Source: Lingula anatina (taxonomy: Eukaryota; Animalia; Brachiopoda). Taken from it: DNA of 64,000 bases. The notes beneath the pieces are model-generated. The model was not told the DNA's origin. It made no database searches and worked only from the letters and a program-made list of their open reading frames with translations. The translations under genes were made by a program, and so were the position numbers. The stretch's first letter is position 1; every line of letters starts with the position of its first letter. The stretch covers positions 23,188,001-23,252,000 of the forward strand of contig CM120642.1 of the NCBI GenBank assembly GCA_051362555.1, written 5' to 3'. This document shows positions 1 to 22,805 of this stretch, piece after piece.

Positions 1-2805
1 ACTAGGTGATGACGTAGCTCCAAACAAGTGAACTTTCATCCTGTATATTCCTGGTTCCTCATTGAAGTCTTCTGTATCCCACCAAAGGAATCTTAAGTAG
101 TCACAGTGAGCTGGGCTAACTCTCACTTGATGAAACATTTCTTTGATATCTCCCATTACTGCTACTTCATTTTTTCTAAATCTTGTGAGCACACCAAATA
201 ATGAACTTGTAAGATCGGGCCCCTGTAGCAGACAGTCATTCAAAGATCTTCCTTTGAATTTGGACGCACAATCAAAAACTATTCTTGTCTTCTCAGGTTT
301 TGCTGGATTGAATACTGGAAAATGTGGCAGATACCATGCCTGCGGTTGATCTTTGTTTGTCATAACTTTCTCAGCATATCCCTTCTTCAAGTTTTCCTTC
401 ATTGCACCCACATAATTCACCTTTAACTCTGGGTCCTTGTCCAACCTCTTCTTTAATAGTAACAGCCTCCTCCTTGCCATATCAATGTTGTTATCAAGAG
501 GTTTTTCTTCTCTCCATGGTAAGTCTACGCAATAATGCCCATCTTCATATTTCACACTTGTCTTGAATATCCCTAGTGCCTTGATATCTTCTCTGGACAT
601 CTCTTCTTTTCCTTTAACTTCCTCAAAGTCTCTTTCAGTGTACTTGTTAAACATTTGAGTAAGTTGGGAATCTTTCCTTATGAAATTTGAAGTCACAGTC
701 TTTCCTTTCCGTTTTAGTGGGCCATTTATTGTCCATCCGAGTACAGTCTGTATAGCACATGGTTCTCCCTCTCCTCCACTAACCACTTTTTTGGGCCTTA
801 ATGCTTCAAAGTTATCATTTCCAATAAGCAGCCCTATTGTTTCATCTTGTTTGTGGAAGTAGAAGGGGATGTCCTGTAAGTGGGTCCACTCACTGATGTC
901 TTCTTGTGTTGCCCTGTCTTCTAATGATATAGGGAGTTTGCTTCTTGTTAATACTGTTGACAGTTGCATACTATGGTTTTCATCTACATCACTTATCTGT
1001 AAGCTGACAATTTCTCCAATCACTGGGGTAGCTTCTTTTTCTAGGGTTGTTAGTGTGTACTGTGTTTTCTTTCCCTTTATTCCCAGTTTCTTCTTGAGAC
1101 CTTCAGTGCAGAAGGTGGAATTTGAACCGCTGTCCAGTAGTGCGTACGTTTGCACTACATTGTTTCCATTTGGGTTTTTCACCTTCACTGGCACTATGGG
1201 TAGTCCAATTGCAACATTTTCCGTGTCAACAAACCCATTAGCAGCACGTGGAGGGGTAGAGGAATTGTTCTCATTTGGCATACTATTGTAACTATGTAGA
1301 AGAGTATGATGCCTTTTCCCACAAACTTCACAGTTCCTTTTAAATTTACATTCATGTGCTGTGTGGTTTGGTTTAAGACATTTGAAGCACAGACCTTTGC
1401 TTAACACCATCTTCCTTCTTTCTTCATATTTGTCTGACACAAAAACTGGGCACTGGTCCAACCAATGATCTTGGCTGCATCTGATACAATGCTTGCTGAC
1501 TGCTGCAGGCAGATTACCTTCTCTTGAGAAACTTTCTGACGCTTTGGATTCAGCAATAAATGACTGAGCCTTGATGGACGATTTGCTTGAAACAAGTGAC
1601 ATGTCAACCAAAGAACCAAATACAGGGTCACGCCTCTTCTCTGCTTCCACTTCAACCATCTTTACCACATCATTCAAAGTCGGAAATTTGCCCAATGCTG
1701 TGATCTTGTGATTGTTCTCTAACCATTTTTTCCTCATATCTAATGGAAGTTTCTCAATAATTCTTCGTAAGGATTGTCCTGTATTTAATTCTGCCTCACA
1801 ATTCATGGCACTTAACGTATCTTGGCACCCTCGAAGTGTATCGGCAAATGCTCTCAATTGTGCACTGTCTTTTATTGATTTGTGATTTAAAACTTTGTTG
1901 ATCCAGGCTTGAGAAATCAGATACGGATTGCCAAACCTTCTCTTCAGAGTTGTCATCGCTTCTGAGAAACCCTTACTTGGATCTGGGTGGTACAAACAGG
2001 GGGATATAGCATCTCTTGCTGGGCCTACTGTGTAATGATATAACCTAGTTAGTTTTTCATCATCGGTCACTGTCATTTTATCCACCATTGAAGAGAAAAG
2101 TCTCATAAAAGGCCAATACTTTATGTGATCTCCATCAAACTTGATGAGATCTGCCGGTGGGAGACGCATAGACTCTATGCTGGCTTGTTGTTGTTGTTGT
2201 GATAATTTCAAAAGTTGGGCCAATGAAGACTCAGCTGCAGAAGCAGGTGATTCAGCTGTTATTCTCTTTTCACCTTGTGTGGTTTCTGGAAAAAGCGGCT
2301 TTACGTCGGTCTGCTCCTTAACTAATCTAAATTCCTCACGTAACCTTTCTTCTTGCTCTTTTATAAGACGCGAAAATTCTTGTTTATCTTGCTCCTGGCT
2401 ATCACGTTGCTGTTTGATCTCCTTGAGAATCTGATTGAGTACAGAAGTCACATTTTCTTCAGCTTGCTGTTCAACAAGGGGCTCTGGTTTCTCCATTACC
2501 CTGCCAATCCAAGACAAAGTTGAAGCTCTAAAATCCCTAACTTCATGTAGCACTGATGATAAATATCCTTCTGAGACATCAATGTCATCCTCGTCCTTCA
2601 GAGTTACATGGTAACGTTCATGGGCTTTAACAAACTTACTAACTGCTTGACTAAGTGCTTCGAGCCCTTCTTCTACCTCCTTTACTAAATTGCTACTCAT
2701 AGATGAATTTATCTGATTTATGGTTCGTGTCACAACACCTTTAGCGGCCCCTCGTAGACGTTTTAAATTCATTGGGTCTTCGGTTACATCTTCTAAATCA
2801 GACAT
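1..2805 (-). CDS. BEL/Pao LTR retrotransposon gag-pol polyprotein (5' part; runs off the window edge)
   Basis: ATG at 2805 (MSDLEDVTEDPMNLKRLRGAAKGVVTR). Triple zinc knuckle CIRCSQDHWLDQC...CFKCLKPNHTAHEC...CEVCGKRHHTLLH (~1295-1490), aspartic protease YALLDSGS (~1125-1147), and RT motif YRMKVHLFGATSSPS at 1-45 in the same frame. The ORF track lists no stop-terminated ORF in this frame, consistent with an open frame to the edge. Confidence 0.95.
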   Translation of the reverse strand, partial: MSDLEDVTEDPMNLKRLRGAAKGVVTRTINQINSSMSSNLVKEVEEGLEALSQAVSKFVKAHERYHVTLKDEDDIDVSEGYLSSVLHEVRDFRASTLSWIGRVMEKPEPLVEQQAEENVTSVLNQILKEIKQQRDSQEQDKQEFSRLIKEQEERLREEFRLVKEQTDVKPLFPETTQGEKRITAESPASAAESSLAQLLKLSQQQQQASIESMRLPPADLIKFDGDHIKYWPFMRLFSSMVDKMTVTDDEKLTRLYHYTVGPARDAISPCLYHPDPSKGFSEAMTTLKRRFGNPYLISQAWINKVLNHKSIKDSAQLRAFADTLRGCQDTLSAMNCEAELNTGQSLRRIIEKLPLDMRKKWLENNHKITALGKFPTLNDVVKMVEVEAEKRRDPVFGSLVDMSLVSSKSSIKAQSFIAESKASESFSREGNLPAAVSKHCIRCSQDHWLDQCPVFVSDKYEERRKMVLSKGLCFKCLKPNHTAHECKFKRNCEVCGKRHHTLLHSYNSMPNENNSSTPPRAANGFVDTENVAIGLPIVPVKVKNPNGNNVVQTYALLDSGSNSTFCTEGLKKKLGIKGKKTQYTLTTLEKEATPVIGEIVSLQISDVDENHSMQLSTVLTRSKLPISLEDRATQEDISEWTHLQDIPFYFHKQDETIGLLIGNDNFEALRPKKVVSGGEGEPCAIQTVLGWTINGPLKRKGKTVTSNFIRKDSQLTQMFNKYTERDFEEVKGKEEMSREDIKALGIFKTSVKYEDGHYCVDLPWREEKPLDNNIDMARRRLLLLKKRLDKDPELKVNYVGAMKENLKKGYAEKVMTNKDQPQAWYLPHFPVFNPAKPEKTRIVFDCASKFKGRSLNDCLLQGPDLTSSLFGVLTRFRKNEVAVMGDIKEMFHQVRVSPAHCDYLRFLWWDTEDFNEEPGIYRMKVHLFGATSSPS

Positions 2806-2895
2806 CTTTGTTGACTTGACTTGGTGTTGACTTGGTACAAATCAGCTTCTTCTTTCTTTAGGTCTGTTCCGTGATAGGCAAAAGTCTAAACTGCA

Positions 2896-3419
2896 TGTAG
2901 CGTCCAATATCTTAACAAACGCAGGTTGTCTGTTTGAGCCTTTATTGATCCACTACAATAAGATACGTTCTGAAATAATAATAAATAAAGAGACTTAACA
3001 TCTATACTTCATGTTCCTTTTCAATATGACTTACTTATATAATGACTGAATGTCACTGTTATTAAATCAATTTCTTTTATAAGTGCATTACAAAGTTAAG
3101 AAGAAACAAATTAATTCCAAAATTAAATGATAACATACATAAACTAGCTACTCACTAGACTTGTCTAGCCTCGACTTGTGAAACATGACAAAATACCGTA
3201 ACCTTTGTCTGCTGACACTGTAATAAATATAAAACAACTTCATGAAATTATGTAGCTAGCTGAGAAAAACATACTCAATATCTAAGGAAAGAAAATAAAC
3301 GTAAACTAACAGGCCTGACAAAGTTCGTTTGTTAACCACGCCTAATACATTCATGCATTATAACACGTGTTCTTAAAATGCCTTTACTAGGTAGATCACA
3401 ATCCGCTAGGGGCGCTACA
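2896..3419 (-). repeat. 5' LTR of the BEL/Pao element (524 bp)
   Basis: On the - strand it begins TGTAGCG (3419) and ends CGCTACA (2896), a 7-bp terminal inverted repeat with TG...CA ends. AATAAA lies ~45 nt before the end (tttatt at 2941-2946). The partner LTR is outside the window. Confidence 0.75.
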
Positions 3420-4470
3420 GTCGTAACTGTCCACGGGCAGTGAAGTGTTAAACTGAAGTCGGCCTGCTGACAGTTCGCCTATGGAACCCCTTTTTTAAAT
3501 CTCTCTTTTAGCGCTGCGTAAAAAAACTAATACAAGCCATTAACTAAATAAGTTGTAAATCAAAGAGTAAAATCCGGTCACATGATTTTCCCATGTTGCA
3601 GTCTTTGACAAGTTTCGGTTCTGCTTGTTTTAAGTTTTGCCTCTACAAAATGCTAAAAAATTTCAGGTAAGTGCTGGTATCATCTTTTTGAAATTTATAT
3701 CCAGCAAAGTTTATGAAATTTGCTATATTATGTAGAAAAATCATGAAATTTGAAGGTTGCGAAGTATAGTTAATTTAATCCGCAATATTACATGATGTGA
3801 AAATTACCACAGGGAAATAGCTCTGCCCTGATTAGTCACAGGCTATGTGAGCCAGACAATAGGCTGAGCACACAAAGACACACAGGGTGCTCTGCTGCGC
3901 CTGAGTGATCACTGCTGGTCAGTGGGCACAGGTTTTGAGCTGAGAAGTGTGGACACTTTTGGTGGATTTTTGCAGTTAAAAAACTTCAATATCTTTGTTG
4001 CTTGTAGGAATATTTAAAAAATTCCAAATGATTTCATCCGGTTTTTGCATTACCTTTCAGATGATATAAGTATTTTAATTTTCTGATCAGTTTGAAAATT
4101 TTTCTGATATACCTACCTTTACATTACTTGCAAACTTATATGCTAATTACTTAATGAGCTATAAAATAGGTCTAGTAACCAAGCAACATATATAAAATGA
4201 GTTTTAAGAAAGGACCGGGCAAATACATACTGTACTTATTTGTCTTTTTTCCTACTTTCTCTTCATACGTGCGAGTGTTGCGTCCTCCGTGAATCTGAAC
4301 GTGTGCACCTCTCCCAACTTACGAATCTCTTTCTTCTAAAGATCATTTTCTCAACCAAATACATAGCAATTGCACCGAATGCAGTATGTGAGACTACATG
4401 GTAATTACTTTCCCTTAAACACGGGATATAGAATTCTAGCCACTACACAAGCGGTAATTCATCGACTGCG

Positions 4471-4744
4471 TTCCCATAACCCAATCGTACTACCAGGATC
4501 GATATTTTTCAGCGGGATTCTCCCTAAGCCACAGACAATGTAATCAACTTGTCTGGCACGCCTACTTCGCAAGCAACATGAACAACATCGTGGACCACAA
4601 AGTTTTCCCGACTTTATCCAAGTACTTTTAGTTACGAGTGGGCGTGCCAGACATTAAAGCCGTTTAAACTGAATACAATTTAGAGAGAATCCCCGAGGAG
4701 TTGGATCGATCCAGCTAGTACAATAGGGTTATGGGAATGGTCCC
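4471..4744. mobile_element. Palindromic MITE, family A (GATCGATC / TGTCTGGCACGCC core)
   Basis: TTCCCATAACCC...GGGTTATGGGAATGGTCCC ends; internal arms TGTCTGGCACGCCTACT / AGTGGGCGTGCCAGACA; about 9 related copies in the window. Confidence 0.75.
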
Positions 4745-5001
4745 ATTGATTATTTTTTCTTCACTATTGCCTATCGTCTTGTCACATATCATACGACAAA
4801 TGTGATTTCAATTTTCTGTTATATTCGTCTTCAATTTTATATTTAAATAAGAGGTTGAAATGTTAGTTACCGCATGTGTAGTCTTCTTTAATATCACGAT
4901 GCACTTATAATTAAACGTCAAATGAAAGTGCTCATTTTGATGGCAAATTGTGTATATCTTCATTTGTTGTCAATATTTATTTTATTTATTTCGACTTGCA
5001 G

Positions 5002-16895
<11,894 letters not shown>

Positions 16896-19800
16896 GTTCC
16901 ATGACAAATGAGGATAATTTTTTAATCAATGTGATAAAAAGATGTCTCTTAAATTAAACACTAGATTCTTTGGTCTGACATGTACTTTATTTTTTGCACC
17001 GTGTAAAAATACATGTACAATTTAATCTTTGTGTACATTCAAGGACACTAGACCTGACCGAATGCATTTTTTTACAATGATGCTTTTTATGTCACTTTTT
17101 AATAATTAATTTTATTATACGATGAGTGATGCACCTTTCAGTGGAGCTAATTTTCACAGTAGGCAATTGTTGAATCACAAATTGTAACGAGGTTAAAGAT
17201 TGGTTCTTATATCTTTAACTTAGTTGTCTTTAAATGACAATTTTAACTCAATTAAATTAAATTAAACTGAACTAATTTATTCAATTTTAAAATAAATAGG
17301 TATTCTTGATGTTTGACTGCGTTGTTTAAAATATCAGTCGTGTTAAACTGGGAGCATTGCAATGCTAGTGCATTCTAAGTAAATAATAATAATAATAAGT
17401 TACATGAGGATGTTGGAGGGACGTGTCCCCCCCCCCCCCCCCCCCCCCCATATTGAAAAACAAAGTTTGATTCTAGCCCCCATACCTGACCAAAAGCTGG
17501 GTGAGGGTACATGCATATATAATTACATCACTAGAAAAATAATTCAATAATGCTTAAACACTCACTTAAAACAATTTTGCCAAAGATTGTCTCTGCAACA
17601 TGGTTGGATGGCAAAAAAGGGAATGTCTCATATATTTCACATACTCACAAGCTCACACACACACCCACACACACACACACACACACACATCGTGGGTAGT
17701 ATTAATTTAGTGGAATCAATATCCGTAACAAAACGACTGACAATAGAATCGTCCTTCGGATAGGGCGGCAGGATTCCATTCCTACCATTCCTGTCACAAC
17801 ATTGAAGAATATATACCCACAGTGTATGATTTAATCTAGACCACCTCCCACTTATATTGAGATCAGGACTGGCTGCCCCGCACACCGTTAAGGACAACTA
17901 AAGTATACGCTTATTATATGTAATATTATGTGCATATTCACTCCACAGCAGTTAATATTCACACAATATCGATAGTCGTCTTGACGACGTGTACTGTATG
18001 TATCTGTATTGCATGCGCTACTACGCAGTGCGTATCACCCGGGGTCCCCCCCTTACACACGCGCGCGCACACACACACACACACTCACTCACACACACAC
18101 AATACATACAGAAACAGATGTGCCAATTTGCAACAGTGTTAAATGGATGCAGGGAATTGTTATCTTTCACAATTAATATCGTCATGGAGAACAAACGTTT
18201 CTTGAAATCATATTTATTTTTCTCAGTTGAACTGACCCCAAGAAGGCAAAGCTCATATGCACATCTTAAAGATCCTTTAACCCAAGCGAAAGGATAATTA
18301 GAGGACGAACACAAATATATTGTTCAGAATTTGGCCGGTAGCGGCCGCTTTTATTGAAAGGTCCCACTTGTAAAAAATGGTGTTAGACATAAGATAATGT
18401 TTATTAGTTAAAATTACGCAATGTTATATCATAAAGATTCTTTTTAACGAAATTCACGGCCAATCGTTGTGATCATCTTTGTTACATCTGAAGGAAAATT
18501 CATTAGCAAAAAGGACACTATTTATAGATCTTAAGAAACAGGAAGATGCTATTTTACACGTAGGAACACCTCTTTTGACAAGAAACGACCCGAAAAGACT
18601 TAGTGTATTACCACGACATAAGACGCTCGTGCTTGAAGAATGTGCGAAAAGTACCGCGTCCTGTCAGCGTGTTAAAAAGCTAGCCACAATTTACATATCT
18701 TGAAGGTAGATCTCAATTTGGGTGGAGTGCTTGGGCACCTGTTACATTTATTCGTAGGTCCTGAATCATTATAGACTATTAATCTAGAAACGAGATAATT
18801 CAAAAGGTCGGACGAGTTGACTTGGGCGTGATTTTATAGACAAAAGAAACTGACAAGTTAAAGAGTCACGTGTTCTCGTAACTGTGCTCAAATTTCATTT
18901 CTTCCTCTTGGTTTCTCTCTTTCTCTCTGCAAGTTGGTGCATCCTTCTATGTTACATTGACAAGGATTCCCTGCAAACAATCGTGATCATAAAAATAATA
19001 TCGCCCGACATCGGAATTACATGTAATATTGCAGTAATTTGAGTTTATTTAACAATGAGTGCTCATTTAAGAGGGCTCATTTAAGAGCTCATTTAAGAGG
19101 GCTGTTTTTCTATCAAAAGTAAATTGTATATTGGTGTTTAAGTTATAGTGTCACTTTACCTGGCGTCATGTTCACCTAATTAAACCAGTCCAGGCTCGAC
19201 CTTGAACTCTTCGCCTCAACAATACTTCAATATCCAAAAATACATTTACCTTTTTTCATATTTGAAATTCTGAAACCGTGGACAAGAGAGCCAAGCCTTA
19301 CCTCCTAATAAGATACTGTAGCAATTGGCAATATCTACGCCAGACCGCGTGTATTTTATTGTCTTTCAAATACTTGTTTGATGAAAATATATCTAGGATT
19401 CCTTTGATCAATTTTTATTTTAAAATGTCTTAAGAAGCAGCTAAGGGCTCCCCATAACTCATCCTGTATTCCCTGAATGACAGGCCACCATCCACAACAT
19501 GGCGGAGGTCACGGATGTGAGAGTCTTTAAAACTAATGCAAAAAGTGACGCGCAGTTACAGTATTTTTAGCCTTAAATAACGAGGAACTGAGCGTTCACT
19601 TTTGATCGCACGCACTCCTTCAATGTATTAATGTGCACGCACTAGCAATGTATATTATATTGAACGTCGGAGACATCACATGGCAGTAAGGAACGCAAAG
19701 CTAGTAGCGTGCATGGCTGTGTGAACCAATGGAATAGCATCTGACAAGCCTTGTATATGGTACGTATCCAGTTTACTTTTTTATCGCTGCAGTTACTGTT

Positions 19801-22800
19801 CGTTTGGAGTGTCCATGATTTAGCAGTGACATGTTCAAAATATATTAAGTTTTTAATCATATAAGGCAAGTTTTATTGCAGATTTGGATTTACTCATTCC
19901 CTGAGCTGATTTAATTACGTCCGTTTCCTAGAATGATGTCAATTCTTCTGCCTCTTATATATATATAAAAGTACCTCTTTTTATAAATTTTGAGAATATT
20001 TGCACATCCGAATAATGTATTTCAGTATGTGCTTGGGAGGTTACAGGTGGCTCATGCCCGTGTCCTTTCAAATATGCTCCATTTACTATTTCAAAAATAC
20101 CCCTGTATTATCAGGATGGAGATGGGGTGTCAACATCGGGAACAACTTCGGGACACAGAGATCGTTGTTTTTTTACAATGCAATATCAAGTTTTATAGTT
20201 AAATGTATTGCAAAAAATATCAAAGACAAATATATTGCAAAGATGAAATTTGCGCACAAATCATTAAAGGCATTTCTCTTATCTGTCAACAGAACGTATA
20301 AAACTACACGCTAAACCAGCAGACCATATGGTATTACAGCAATAAAATAGGAAGATAAAAATTCCGCCTGGTTGCATTGCACGCATGGCCTATCTTATGA
20401 AATTCCGGTTCCCCAGTCATCGTACCTACAGTGTTTTAAACATGTTTAGTGTACGCGACAACTGGGGGTCCTATCACTGTTCTTATAAGAACTTTTCATT
20501 TGCGTTTTTTTTTTTGTCCGTGCATTTTAAATGACAATTGCTCGGGAAGCTCTTTCCTTTGTAAAGTATACGTTTTCAAGAATAAGCAACAATATGTAAC
20601 TGAATCTAACAGAATATGCGATACAAGATATAATTATAATTATTATCTTTGTCATGGGTAAAATCATGTTGACTCTGACATGACGCCCACGTTTCATTTC
20701 TGATGCACCCTCTCCCGCGCCTCAAGTATTCGGCAAGCGCAGAAAACGTATTTCTTAAGAGCCAGGTTGAGACGCTCTCGATCCCAAGTTATATCGAATC
20801 GATTGCACACCAGCCACGTAGTAGGCAAATTTGAAGGTCTACCTGTTCGGAAAAGTAGAAAAATTAGCGACGGGGTTTTGGGGAGGAATTCCCTCTAGCC
20901 ATCCTCCCCCTTCTTACATCCCAGTTATCGTTATGTCTTCACAAGGAGGTATAAACTTGATAGCTTTAAGGGATAACTGTTCAAAAATATCGTGATTATT
21001 TATTTATCATACATAATTATATTGAAATTAAATATATTTCTTTGGGTTGTTAACAATATTTTTAATGTGAAATATGAATATCACACTAATAATTGCTATC
21101 CTTTTAAATCTTTCACTCGTTAATTACCCTTTTCCACGTCAACGTTGTTTGATGCTTGCAAATCATGACCCTCCACATAGCTTATGGCAGCTTTAGGTAG
21201 ATATGACTCGGATATATCTTGATGTCTGCACTCACAGGAATAACTGTTGATAACGTTGATAATTCTAATTGCTGTACTAATGATGATATCGTTCAAATCA
21301 TGACGCCAAAACTGAAATAATCATATGCGTTGGGGAGGGGTTACCGAGGGCGTTGACACTATAGCTTTAGTCCACAATTAGGATAACGAAATATTACTAT
21401 TAGTACAGTTACACCGTTAACTTGAAGCACTAAGTCTTACAAACTGTGAACTGTGAAAGGCAGCAATAAACATTATCCATTACATATCTTGATTGTGACA
21501 CTCCCTAGCTACAAGTGTATACATATGTATGGGCAATGGTTAGACAATTTCAACTGAATCGCTATCCAAATATTACAGGCATAACCTCCCCCCCTCACAT
21601 ACACACACTCACGCTTGTGCCTCTGTATCTGTGAAATGTGATCATAATTTCACAATTCAAGAGATGTGACACCTTTTTTCCGACGGAATATTCTGCGAAT
21701 TTTACAGGAATTGTTAATTACAATAGCAAGATACCCATTTTATTGAATACTTAGACAGTAGCGAAAGGCCTTGAAACGAGAAACACACATATGTGACGTT
21801 CTAAACTAAGGATTAAAATCGCATTAACCTCAAACGTAGAAAAATATTGCATTAATGACCTGACTTGGCAACGTTAATCGGGGATCCTAGGGCTTCCATT
21901 ATTTACCTGAAATGAGTATTCAGATTATTCAAATAAGAAGACATGCTCCTTTATTCTTCAGTGGATTTATGCTTCAAATACTGTCTTCAATTCTAATGAG
22001 GTCTCCGTGTGACCATAAACAACCACGCTTATTACGCAAATAGACAAGTAGGAAACAATAAAAGTTGTTTGATATCACTAACTATCCGCCTATTCTATTA
22101 AAATCCACCGAGGGACCAACCCTCATGCGTGTATTCAATAAAATTTCCCTGCTTTATCAAGAAAGCGATATTTCTCCAGAGGAAGCCGACATGATAAAAT
22201 GCCTCAATTACTTTCGACAAAGATCGCGGTTTCTGATACAGCTGTTTTCTAACACCTTGGCGGAGTCTTATCAGGTTGGGTTCCCTTCTAATTGCAGGTG
22301 AGTGAGCGCCCGGTGATGTATGCGCCCTCTCCGCATACTGTGTGGAACCCAGGCCCAACACCTTGACAACACTACCCGCTGTGACGATCACCTCTTAGTA
22401 CAGTGGAGTGGAAAGTGAGTGAAGGAGAGACAGTGAGGTTATTTGCACTCAAGCTCCTGTTTCGTTTGCACCAACAGCAACTGGACAGCTGCTGTTTATT
22501 CGATTTAACCATAGCTGACTGAGCAAGTTCTGACTATTGTTGGGTCAAGTATATACAAGGATACGTTTAATTAAAGGTATATTTGGCAGTGGTAGAGCTA
22601 AATTCATCGTCTAGTTAACGTGCGCCGTTACTTCAGTTAATGAGTGCATACTTAGTGCATTGTGATACCATTCACAGTGAGTGGAAAAGAGACGCTCTAC
22701 CTGAACTATGGCACAAGACAGCTGACACAGGACAGACTTTATTAATTTTGACCCTGTTCTTACTTACCTAGCAATTTCAAAAGTGACATAAACTTTTTTG

Positions 22801-22805
22801 AAACC

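Larger units (their letters stand above)
1..3419 (-). mobile_element. BEL/Pao LTR retrotransposon (5' LTR plus internal region, truncated by the window)
   Basis: gag-pol ORF at 1-2805 preceded by an LTR at 2896-3419. Confidence 0.92.

Noticed and set aside
143-2434. Several short ORFs (143, 680, 869, 2141 on +; 1401 on -)
   Set aside because: Antisense or off-frame shadows of the BEL gag-pol ORF.
3460-4122. Possible Kolobok-like element ending CCTTTA, or hidden ACS exons
   Set aside because: No matching opposite terminus found and no open exon with ACS-like sequence.
17690-17900. Possible SINE-like remnant next to a (CA)n tract
   Set aside because: No recognisable A/B boxes and no second copy in the window.
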